NCBI GenBank assembly: GCA_050294405.1
Contig: JBNKOC010000024.1
Location: 64,001 to 128,000, forward strand
Reading direction: 5' to 3'
DNA from: Fibrobacteria bacterium
GTDB taxonomy: Bacteria; Fibrobacterota; Fibrobacteria; UBA11236; JADFYW01
DNA length: 64,000 bases
This document shows, in pieces, positions 1 to 8,564 of this stretch. Made by a program: the position numbers and the translations under genes. The notes under the pieces were generated by a model. It was not told the origin of the DNA, did no database searches, and was given only the letters and a program-made list of their open reading frames with translations. How positions within the stretch are numbered: the first letter of the stretch is position 1; the number at the start of each line of letters is the position of its first letter.

Positions 1-26
1 GGGTTGTTTCATTTTACCCCAACTCA

Positions 27-42
27 AGCAATTTAAATGCCA
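27..42 (-). promoter_or_regulatory. sigma54 (-24/-12) promoter, pointing out of the left edge of the window
   Basis: Minus strand reads CTGGCATTTAAATTGCT, matching TGGCA-N6-TTGCW with exact GG-N10-GC spacing. An ATG (ATGAAACAACCC) lies at 12-10. Confidence 0.65.
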
Positions 43-500
43 GGCACTTATTAATATCACAAAAGCCTCAAATGTCATATTTGATAATCATTTCAAAATG
101 CACTGTACTTTTGTAAAATGGCAAACTAGTCAATTTGTCAAATCCCATGTCAAATGATCAGACGGCGATAAAAATGGCAAACATTTTTATTTGAAGAATT
201 TTCTCAAAATTATTACCCAACCAAGCTTATTTGGGAAAATTTTGAATTCAATTTTCCTTGATTATCTAAGCCTTTCCTTTTTCCTATAGATTTTGCGCCA
301 TGGATCCAATCGACTCTTCCCTTGGCAATTTCCCCCTCCCTACCAAATTCTTACCGCCAGATAAAATTTTCATAATCCAATTCTAAATTTATCTTTGATG
401 ATAAATTTTTATGCTTTTTGTACTATTAAAGTTCCTTTTTCCTTATTTTCTACAACTAAACCCACATAATTGGATTTATATTTTAATCTGTTGAAGGGGA

Positions 501-1916
501 GTGTTGGTGTTGCTTTTTAAAGCTTTTACAAGCCATTTTAATGTGCCATTGAAAACTAGACCAGGAGCCCTATTTCTGGTTTGGCTGCTTTCCTTGTCCT
601 ATGCCACTGCCAGCGAAGAAGCGCCCAAAGTTTACTTATCTTCCTCTTTGGATTTAGGCCATGTTTATGAGGGCAAACAAGCAGGTCAGGAGGTAGAAAG
701 GCTCCCCCTCAATCGAAACACCGTTAAAATGGGCGTAGGCCAGTACTGGAGTTCTGACTGGGAATTAAAAGGCGTATTCAAAAATATTATATGGTGGCCC
801 TTTGGCGGGAACAGCACCCAACCCTTTGAACGGGTTGTTCGTGTGGAACCTTCCCTGGAAGATGTAAGCGCCACCAGGCATTTTGACAATGGGTTTTTTA
901 GGTTCGGTTTTTTTCCTTACAAGTACAACCAAAATGCAATGGATTTAGGTGAGTATTTACATCGCAGTGGCACTTATCCAGGCTACCTGATTTCAAATTA
1001 CAATTGGGAACTTATGAACGGAGCCACCCATTACTTTTATGGAGGGCTGTTTCGTTACACTCATTTGGAAGGTATGTTAACCCATAACATAAGCCTTTCC
1101 TTTGAAAGCGAAATCAATCCCATCGGGGACATAACGCCTGCTTATGATTTTAATTTAAAAACAGGCCCCTTGGAAATTGGCGGAGGGATAGCCTTTAACC
1201 ATCTCATATCATTTAGGCCCAGCCGTTTGGCCCCCAAAGATCCCACTAACGCCTGGGTGAGCTTTGACACCACCGTTGTCATTCAACCTGCAGATTCAAT
1301 CCAAGCTGCCGATACTACCGTCATCCCTGCCTATACGGGTTTTTTAAGCCAGGCAGGAGTTTCTGTTCGCCGACCCATTATCCAGGACGAAATTTTTACG
1401 CCAGAAGCGGAATACATCACCCACCGGGGAATAAAACTCATGGGAATGGCCTCCCTGAATCTGGGCTTTTTAATTCCCGAGGAATATCGAAACCCCAGAG
1501 ATTTAACTTTGTTTATGGAAATGGCTGTTTTAGGTTTGGAAAACCAGGCCTCCTATTACGAAAAACGCTCCCAGAGAATCCCCGTAATGTTTGGTATTAA
1601 CATTCCCAGCTTCAAACTACTGGATGTTTTGTGCTTCCAGATGGAATATTACGGCACTCCCTATGATAACTTTGGCAACTACAACCAAAAATCCTTACCC
1701 CAATGGACTTATTCCAACCAACCCAACTACCGGGACGATTGGAAATGGGCGGCCTATTTATCCAAGACTTTTAACCCCCTCTTTAAATTTCACTTTCTTG
1801 TTGCCAACGATCATTTGAGGGCCCTTGCTTTTGATGTTATTAAAACAGATATTGCCCTGACTCAAAACCCAAGCCACTGGTATTACTTGGCCAAATTTGA
1901 ATTTGGAATATTTTAA
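501..1916 (+). CDS. Uncharacterised putative outer-membrane beta-barrel protein (paralog 1)
   Basis: 471-aa ORF, GTG start after AAGGGGA. Signal peptide ending ATA, alternating beta-strand pattern, C-terminal YYLAKFEFGIF. Shares FPYKYN..A..LGEYL.RSGTYPG and other motifs with the next gene. Confidence 0.7.
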   Translation: MLVLLFKAFTSHFNVPLKTRPGALFLVWLLSLSYATASEEAPKVYLSSSLDLGHVYEGKQAGQEVERLPLNRNTVKMGVGQYWSSDWELKGVFKNIIWWPFGGNSTQPFERVVRVEPSLEDVSATRHFDNGFFRFGFFPYKYNQNAMDLGEYLHRSGTYPGYLISNYNWELMNGATHYFYGGLFRYTHLEGMLTHNISLSFESEINPIGDITPAYDFNLKTGPLEIGGGIAFNHLISFRPSRLAPKDPTNAWVSFDTTVVIQPADSIQAADTTVIPAYTGFLSQAGVSVRRPIIQDEIFTPEAEYITHRGIKLMGMASLNLGFLIPEEYRNPRDLTLFMEMAVLGLENQASYYEKRSQRIPVMFGINIPSFKLLDVLCFQMEYYGTPYDNFGNYNQKSLPQWTYSNQPNYRDDWKWAAYLSKTFNPLFKFHFLVANDHLRALAFDVIKTDIALTQNPSHWYYLAKFEFGIF

Positions 1917-1918
1917 TT

Positions 1919-3337
1919 ATGAAATGTATTAAAGCTGAAATTATTAAATACTGTCTGCCTATTTTTTCCTTGTGTTTATCGGCCTATGGGCAGGAGCCAG
2001 AAATTAGCCAATTAAAAGTTAAGGGCTATCTGGATTTTGGCCATTTGGTAAATGGCCGAAACATTGAGGCTTCTGGCAATCAAAGTATTGATATGTTAGC
2101 CTTAAATAGAGGTAATGTGACTCTTAGCCAATCCGTACGTCTGGGAGATGATTTCGAAGTGGATGCCGGACTTACAGGTTTAATATGGTGGCCTTTTTCA
2201 GACCGGACCACCCAGCCCAACACCCGCGTCATGCGGGTTAAACCAATGGTGCCTCTGGCGCGGGCAAAATGGAAATTTGGCGATGGGCAAGGAAATCACG
2301 GGCATATTCAGGTGGGCACCTTTCCTTACAAATACAACCCCGATGCAAAAAACCTTGGCGAATATTTATATCGTTCCGGCACTTATCCCGGATTTTTATT
2401 TACTACAGAAGGCTGGCTTTTTATGAACAGAGCCGGGCAATATGCCCATGGTTTACAGGGCAATTTCACCCATTTAAACGGGATGCTCAGCCATAACTTT
2501 TCTCTTTTTATGGAAATGGTATATTACCCCATAGGCGACTTTTCTCCAGGTTATGATTTTAGCTTTAAAACCAAGTTTATTGAATTGGGTGGCGGCATTG
2601 TGCTAAACCATTTTCTACCCATTCGCCCCAGCCTGTTAGAGCCGAATGAAGAGAGTAATATTTACGTAACTTTACCTCAGGGTCTAGATCCGGTAGATGC
2701 AAATCATGTATATTACGGCCCCAAAGACCGCGCCCCCAATGTGGACGACTCTTTGCTGATTGAAATCGAGCGTTGGACCCATAAGGGAATAAAATTGATG
2801 GGCCGGGTAAATGTAAACTTGAATAGCTTACTGCCTGAAGGAAGCTCTTCCCCCGAGGATTTAAAAATATTTTTAGAAGCCGCAGTTTTAGGGTGGAAAG
2901 ACTACCCTTTGTATTACGAAAAAAGAGCTGAAAGAATTCCCGTTATGTTTGGCGTGAATCTGCCCAGTTTTAAATTGCTGGATGTATTGAGTGTGCAATT
3001 GGAATACTATGGCTCAGCCTTTAATGACTTTTATTTATTTAACGGGGAATCCGACCCCAGATGGAACTATACAAACGGCGAGTTATCGACCTATTTGGAT
3101 AGCAGCCGCGCAGGAACTCTGGAAAATTGGAAAAAGGATGCCGCCATTCACGAAGACGATATAAAATGGTCCATTTATGCTAAAAAAAGCTTCAATAAAG
3201 TATTTACACTATACACACAGGTAGCCAGTGACCATTTCAGACTGGTTAACGAAGCGCTCACTACCAGTTCAGCTCCCCTGACAAGTACTCCCAAGGAATG
3301 GTATTATTTGCTGAGGCTGGAGTTTAATCTTCGCTAG
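1919..3337 (+). CDS. Uncharacterised putative outer-membrane beta-barrel protein (paralog 2)
   Basis: 472-aa ORF 2 bp after paralog 1. Signal peptide, co-linear conserved motifs, C-terminal WYYLLRLEFNLR. Confidence 0.7.
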   Translation: MKCIKAEIIKYCLPIFSLCLSAYGQEPEISQLKVKGYLDFGHLVNGRNIEASGNQSIDMLALNRGNVTLSQSVRLGDDFEVDAGLTGLIWWPFSDRTTQPNTRVMRVKPMVPLARAKWKFGDGQGNHGHIQVGTFPYKYNPDAKNLGEYLYRSGTYPGFLFTTEGWLFMNRAGQYAHGLQGNFTHLNGMLSHNFSLFMEMVYYPIGDFSPGYDFSFKTKFIELGGGIVLNHFLPIRPSLLEPNEESNIYVTLPQGLDPVDANHVYYGPKDRAPNVDDSLLIEIERWTHKGIKLMGRVNVNLNSLLPEGSSSPEDLKIFLEAAVLGWKDYPLYYEKRAERIPVMFGVNLPSFKLLDVLSVQLEYYGSAFNDFYLFNGESDPRWNYTNGELSTYLDSSRAGTLENWKKDAAIHEDDIKWSIYAKKSFNKVFTLYTQVASDHFRLVNEALTTSSAPLTSTPKEWYYLLRLEFNLR

Positions 3338-3356
3338 GTTGAAGGAGGATATTTAA

Positions 3357-4568
3357 GTGATTAACAAAATATGGAACCCAACAATTTTCAAAAGCTTAGG
3401 CCTTTGTGTATTACTTTTCCCAGCTGCCTATTCTCAAGCTGTGGACCTATCCCCCTTGCCAAATTCCCACTTGTCAGAAATGAATGTATTGTTAATGCAG
3501 GATAAAACCACAGGCGCGCACCACGAATCTGCCCTGATTGTTGAGGGTTATTGGCAGGAGTTCAGTAATCAGCTGGGATTTGACCTCACTATCACTTCAA
3601 ACAATTCAGATATAAACAGCAGTAATCTGGCCAACTACGATATTCTGGTATTCAATTACACAACCAACGTGGCAGATGGAAATAACAACTTTACAAGCAA
3701 CCAAAGAAGCGCCTTGCAGGAATACATGGAAAACGGCGGGCATTGGATAGGATACCATACCGCCTCCATGCCCAGAGAAGGCCAATGGGACTGGTACCGG
3801 CACAATGTAATTTTAGGTTTGTACAACCTACCCTACCATGGATTACAGGATGGAACCATGAACAAAACCACAGATGAAACTATTCGCAACCATCCCATTA
3901 TGACCGGAATGCCCGAATCCGTGGATGCAAATGACGAATGGTATAACTTGGCTCACGGCGATTACTTCGATGAAGCCAATGTAATGTATTATATCGATGA
4001 GAACACAATGGATGGACATGACCATGCCGATAACCTGCCTCCGGAAATGTTAGCGTTACCAATTGCCCAAAGACATCCCATTATGTGGTACCGAGAAAAC
4101 CCCTCAAATGGAGGCCGCCAGTTTTATACGGGTCTTATTCACAATCCGGTGGGCGCTGGCAGTGATTGGTTTAAGCTCATTGTGTTAAGAAGCGCCGAAT
4201 ATGTATCGGGAATCGACCCGGATGTTCCTGGCTGTCCCGATCCTGCTTTCATAGAGTTTAACCCGGACCGAACATCGGACGATTCCACCTTATGTGAAAA
4301 CTTAGGTATAAACGATAAGGCAGGGCAACTAGGCGATTATATCAAGTTTAAGCAAGCCTCTGAATTTATTGAATTTAAAGCCTGGCACCCTGGCAATTAT
4401 CGCCTGACCCTTCAGGATGCATCAGGAAAAGTATTATTCCAAAAGGATTTGCAAAACAATACCCGTGCCCAGATTCCCACCTTAGATTTAAAAGCCGGGA
4501 TTTATTTTGTAACCACACTTAGAAATAACAAAGCGGTAGCTCAGCAAAAATTTGCCATTAGCAAATAG
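3357..4568 (+). CDS. Secreted ThuA-like domain protein with GCxDP linker and T9SS-like C-terminal domain
   Basis: SD GAAGGAGG. ThuA-type motifs NLANYDILVF, GGHWIGYH, HPIMTGMP, DEWY, HPIMW, GGRQFYTGLIH. Tail ...DASGK...AGIYFV...QKFAI. Confidence 0.75.
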   Translation: MINKIWNPTIFKSLGLCVLLFPAAYSQAVDLSPLPNSHLSEMNVLLMQDKTTGAHHESALIVEGYWQEFSNQLGFDLTITSNNSDINSSNLANYDILVFNYTTNVADGNNNFTSNQRSALQEYMENGGHWIGYHTASMPREGQWDWYRHNVILGLYNLPYHGLQDGTMNKTTDETIRNHPIMTGMPESVDANDEWYNLAHGDYFDEANVMYYIDENTMDGHDHADNLPPEMLALPIAQRHPIMWYRENPSNGGRQFYTGLIHNPVGAGSDWFKLIVLRSAEYVSGIDPDVPGCPDPAFIEFNPDRTSDDSTLCENLGINDKAGQLGDYIKFKQASEFIEFKAWHPGNYRLTLQDASGKVLFQKDLQNNTRAQIPTLDLKAGIYFVTTLRNNKAVAQQKFAISK

Positions 4569-4589
4569 GCAGGCTTCACTTCCATTTCC

Positions 4590-4614
4590 AAGGGGGCAAA
4601 AAGCCCCCTTTTTT
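4590..4614 (+). terminator. Intrinsic terminator
   Basis: AAGGGGGC-AAAAA-GCCCCCTT hairpin followed by a T-run. Confidence 0.85.
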
Positions 4615-4651
4615 CTTTTTTATAAGGAATAAAAAGGTTTTTTTAAAACCG

Positions 4652-4680
4652 GGAACTTTTTCGGGGCTTTTGTTGTCTTA
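4652..4680 (+). promoter_or_regulatory. ECF-sigma promoter (autoregulatory), GGAACTT-N16-GTCTTA
   Basis: RpoE-type -35/-10 elements upstream of the ECF gene. 25 of 31 nt identical to the copy at 6611-6641. Confidence 0.8.
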
Positions 4681-4727
4681 GGATAGAGACAAGGATAATA
4701 TTATAACAGAATCCGCATAATTGATAA

Positions 4728-5321
4728 TTGAATATGAAGCAGTCGTTGGAAATGAATCAAAAAAATCTGGAATCCGAAGAACTTTCCTGGATTGAAGATT
4801 TTAAAAAAGGGGAGGAACAGGGCTTTAATCGACTGGTTTTAAAGCACAAAAATAAAGTTTTTAGAATTTGCGTACGAATGCTGGGAGATATCAATCTGGC
4901 TGATGACTGTGCTCAGGAATGCTTTGTAAAAGTTTGGAAAGGGCTGCCGGCTTTTCGGGGTGACTCCAAATTTTCCAGCTGGCTTTACCGCCTGGTACTT
5001 AATACATGTTACAATACCATCCAATCCAAGCACTATAAACGAAATCAGAAGTCCGTAGATTTTTACGATTCGGAACTGCCCGATAAATCTTCCAACCGCA
5101 GTTCGGCAGAAGGCTTGGAACAGCACTTCAAAACTAAGGCTATCCATCGCTGCATGGACAAGTTGGATAATAATCAACGTGAAACAATAATTTTAAGAGA
5201 TTTAGAATCAGAAACTTACGAAGATATATCCGAAATCTTAAAAGAGAGTTTAGGCACCATTAAGTCCCGTCTCTTCAGAGCCCGGCAACAACTAAGGCAC
5301 TGCCTGGAGGGACTCTTGTAA
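4728..5321 (+). CDS. ECF RNA polymerase sigma factor (sigma-70 family)
   Basis: Region 2 ADDCAQECFVKVWKGLPAFRGDSKFSSWLYR. Region 4 YEDISEILKESLGTIKSRLFRAR. Confidence 0.93.
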   Translation: MNMKQSLEMNQKNLESEELSWIEDFKKGEEQGFNRLVLKHKNKVFRICVRMLGDINLADDCAQECFVKVWKGLPAFRGDSKFSSWLYRLVLNTCYNTIQSKHYKRNQKSVDFYDSELPDKSSNRSSAEGLEQHFKTKAIHRCMDKLDNNQRETIILRDLESETYEDISEILKESLGTIKSRLFRARQQLRHCLEGLL

Positions 5322-6595
5322 TGGAGCATCAGGACTTTCAGGAACTGTTGGAAGAATATGCGAAGGGCAACCTGCCAGAGAAGACCCAGGCAGATGTTTA
5401 TAGCCATGTAATAGGTTGTGCCAGTTGCCAGGCAGAACTGAAATTTCTGGAAAATTACTTTGGAGCAGTGGAAAAGATGGAACAACCCCTGCCCTCTCCT
5501 GATTTTTTAGCCAAGGTTCACAAAAGGATTGAAAAACTACCTCAGAAAAAAATCCAGGCGGCTGCGGAAAAAATAAAGAGGCCTTTTTGGAACTGGAGGG
5601 TTATTGGGTTAATATCTACCTGCCTGGTGATAGTTTCTGTGCTTATTGTCCATCAAAACCAGCTTCCAAAATCAGAAATGGCTTTTGAGAAAAAGTCAGA
5701 ACAAAGCAATGCACCAAAGGCAACTGCTCAGTCAGAAAAAACCGATGCCTCGCAGGCATACCCTATCCCGAAGGAAAACCAAGCTCAACAAGATATTTTC
5801 GCAAAAAACAAAGAAGGCAACTCAAGAAAAGAAAGCTTAAATGATGTCAAGGAGCCCTTGCAAAAGCAAATACTCCCCAAGCTGGAGGAAGATAAAAACA
5901 CCGGAGCCATGTTGCGAAAGGCAGCCCCCAAAAAAAGCGAGAGCTACCAAGACGCAAGGGAAGCCGGAAGAATGGCTGCGGAAAGAATGGCTAAAGACAA
6001 AGCCTACAATGAAATAGCCAAGTTAAAAGAAGAGGCCGAAGAAATCCCCCTGCAAGGATTTGCTAAGAGCAAACCTATAAATGAGGCACCTGAGAATAAG
6101 GCTTTGGTTATGGAATCAGCTCCAAAAAGTTCACCAGATGTATCTGAAGAACCGCAACCAAGCACAATGGCAGCCTCAGCTCCCGAGGAAGCGGATGAGG
6201 AAATGGAAATGGATTTTGAAAGTATTGCAGCAGCTCCCCCGGCTCCACAAAAAATGGAGCGGGCTGTAATTTCAACCAATGAAAAACAAACCAAGGCCTC
6301 TAAACCTGCCGAAAAAAAGAAAAGCAAAATCAAATTAGCCTGGCCTGAAAAACATTGGGTTTGGACTTTAAGCCGCAAAGATAGCTCAAAAATTGATTTA
6401 AATGATGTTCTGCAAGTCATTGAAGGGTATTGGGATAGCCATATCTTTAACAAAAAACCCGGAGAGTTGGACTTTTATATTCCCAGGGATCAAATAAGGC
6501 CTCTAATTAAGGGACTTATCATTTCGGGTTACCAGTTGAAGGAAAATAACCAGGCCCACCAACTGGAAAAGATCTACATCCGGCTGCGCTTCTAA
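5321..6595 (+). CDS. Zinc-finger (ZAS/zf-HC2) anti-sigma factor with one TM helix and a long low-complexity periplasmic region
   Basis: HVIGCASC (HxxxCxxC), TM helix near aa 93-110, and 1-bp stop/start overlap with the sigma gene. Confidence 0.85.
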   Translation: MEHQDFQELLEEYAKGNLPEKTQADVYSHVIGCASCQAELKFLENYFGAVEKMEQPLPSPDFLAKVHKRIEKLPQKKIQAAAEKIKRPFWNWRVIGLISTCLVIVSVLIVHQNQLPKSEMAFEKKSEQSNAPKATAQSEKTDASQAYPIPKENQAQQDIFAKNKEGNSRKESLNDVKEPLQKQILPKLEEDKNTGAMLRKAAPKKSESYQDAREAGRMAAERMAKDKAYNEIAKLKEEAEEIPLQGFAKSKPINEAPENKALVMESAPKSSPDVSEEPQPSTMAASAPEEADEEMEMDFESIAAAPPAPQKMERAVISTNEKQTKASKPAEKKKSKIKLAWPEKHWVWTLSRKDSSKIDLNDVLQVIEGYWDSHIFNKKPGELDFYIPRDQIRPLIKGLIISGYQLKENNQAHQLEKIYIRLRF

Positions 6596-6612
6596 AAAAA
6601 AATAATTTTTCG

Positions 6613-6641
6613 GGAACTTTTTCAGAACTTCTCCTGTCTTA
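6613..6641 (+). promoter_or_regulatory. Second ECF-sigma promoter, GGAACTT-N16-GTCTTA
   Basis: Same elements and spacing as 4652-4680, directly upstream of SD AAGGAGG and the vWA gene. Confidence 0.8.
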
Positions 6642-6665
6642 TGGATATCACATAAGGAGGAAATT

Positions 6666-8510
6666 ATGAAAAACCGTCAAAACAAACTAAAACTGGCCTT
6701 TTTAATTGTAGCAGGCTTAGCTATTTCAGGTTGCTTTTTTGGAGGAAAACAAGCCCAGAAGTCTGTAGAAACCGAAACCGAGCAAAATACACCAAGTGAA
6801 AATGGTCCCCGGGAATTGGAATTGGAGTTAGAAAAGGAGCAATTGGTAGATAATGAGGTGGATACCGAGGAATTGGTATCCGAACCTGATATCATTTCGC
6901 CTCCCCATGTTAGTGCGGAAGAAAAATCCGAACCTCAAAAAATGGAGCTTGCCCCAGTGGAAAACCAAGCTGCCACATCCAGAGTATTTGCCAAACAAAA
7001 GGCCAGTAGAATGATGGCATATTCTCCGGACGGGTATTATCCAGCCCCTCCCATTTACGAGCAGCCCAATTCGGAAAGTTATGCGGAAATACAAGAAAAC
7101 CAATTTAAAAACCCCTTGAACAACCCACTATCCACCTTTAGTGCCGATGTGGATAGAGCTTCTTACGGCTTGGTACGACGCTGGTTAAACAACCACCAAT
7201 TGCCACCAGTGGATGCGGTTCGTTCCGAAGAGCTTCTCAATTACTTTGATTACAAATACAAAGCTCCCAGAGGCTCCGACCCTGTGTCCATAAATCTGGA
7301 AGCCGGGAGGGCCCCATGGAATCCGAACCATCAATTGGTGCATATTGGAATTAAGGCTAAGGAAATTGATTTAAAAAGCGCTCCCGCCAATAATCTGGTT
7401 TTTTTGATTGATGTATCCGGAAGCATGAATAGCCCTAACAAGTTGGAATTGCTAAAAAAATCGTTTCGCCTGCTGGTGGGGCAAATGCGGGATAAAGACC
7501 ATGTTAGTATCGCCGTATACGCCGGTGCTGCGGGATGTGTGCTCTCCCCTACTTCTGGAAAAGAAAAGGCCAAAATACTCCAAGCCCTGGATAATCTGCA
7601 AGCAGGTGGCAGCACCGCAGGTGGAGCCGGTTTAAAATTGGCCTACTCCATGGCCGGTGATTCTTTTATAAAAGGTGGAAACAACAGGGTTATTCTTGCC
7701 ACAGATGGTGATTTTAATGTGGGCTTATCCAGTGATAAGGATATGGAAAGACTGATTACTGAAAAAAGAAACAAGGGTGTTTTCTTAAGCGTAATGGGTT
7801 TTGGCATGGGCAATTACAAGGATTCCAAAATGGAAATTCTGGCAGATAAAGGAAATGGAAATTACGCCTACATCGACAACATTCTGGAAGCCAAAAAGGT
7901 TTTTGTGAAAGAATTTGGAGGCACCCTTTACACCGTAGCAAAAGATGTAAAGTTGCAGGTAGAGTTTAATCCAGATTGGGTGCAATCCTATCGGTTAATC
8001 GGATACGAAAACAGGGCCCTTAAAGATGAAGATTTTAACAACGACAAAAAAGATGCCGGAGAAATGGGAGCCGGACACAGCGTGACCGCTCTTTATGAAA
8101 TTATCCCCCACGGCGCTGAGTCTTCCTTTAATGTGGACCCACTTAAATACCAAAAGCCCGAAATAAAGAAAAACACAAAAATAAACCCCGAAATGCTCAC
8201 CGTTAAGGTTAGATACAAACATCCCGAAAAAAACAAAAGCCAGCTTATAAGCCGCGTGTTAAAAGGCAAAGAAGCGCAAAAAGAAAATGACGGAGAAAAC
8301 TTTAGCTGGAGCTCTGCGGTGGCTGGTTTTTCCATGCTGCTTCGAAAATCCGACTATGTGCAGGACTTAACCTTTGACAAGATTATAGCCATGGCCAAAA
8401 AAGCTCAGGGAGAAGATAAAAATGGCTACCGTCAGGAATGTATCCGGTTAATGGAAACCGCAAAAACACTTACAGAAGCTGTGGAAGTGGGTGTCAAAAA
8501 CACTCCTTAA
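6666..8510 (+). CDS. yfbK: YfbK-like von Willebrand factor type A lipoprotein (vWF_A + VWA + DUF3520)
   Basis: Lipobox ISGC. Motifs PLSTFSADVDRASY, MIDAS DVSGSM, NRVILATDGDFNVG, YRLIGYENR, DAGEMGAGHSVTALYE. Confidence 0.9.
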   Translation: MKNRQNKLKLAFLIVAGLAISGCFFGGKQAQKSVETETEQNTPSENGPRELELELEKEQLVDNEVDTEELVSEPDIISPPHVSAEEKSEPQKMELAPVENQAATSRVFAKQKASRMMAYSPDGYYPAPPIYEQPNSESYAEIQENQFKNPLNNPLSTFSADVDRASYGLVRRWLNNHQLPPVDAVRSEELLNYFDYKYKAPRGSDPVSINLEAGRAPWNPNHQLVHIGIKAKEIDLKSAPANNLVFLIDVSGSMNSPNKLELLKKSFRLLVGQMRDKDHVSIAVYAGAAGCVLSPTSGKEKAKILQALDNLQAGGSTAGGAGLKLAYSMAGDSFIKGGNNRVILATDGDFNVGLSSDKDMERLITEKRNKGVFLSVMGFGMGNYKDSKMEILADKGNGNYAYIDNILEAKKVFVKEFGGTLYTVAKDVKLQVEFNPDWVQSYRLIGYENRALKDEDFNNDKKDAGEMGAGHSVTALYEIIPHGAESSFNVDPLKYQKPEIKKNTKINPEMLTVKVRYKHPEKNKSQLISRVLKGKEAQKENDGENFSWSSAVAGFSMLLRKSDYVQDLTFDKIIAMAKKAQGEDKNGYRQECIRLMETAKTLTEAVEVGVKNTP

Positions 8511-8536
8511 AGCAGCAGCCTCCTTTTGTGAAAACT

Positions 8537-8564
8537 TGCCCTCGGATTTCCCGGGGGCATTTTT
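8537..8564 (+). terminator. Intrinsic terminator between convergent genes
   Basis: TGCCCTCGG-ATTTC-CCGGGGGCA 9-bp stem (one G-U pair) followed by TTTTT. Confidence 0.75.
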
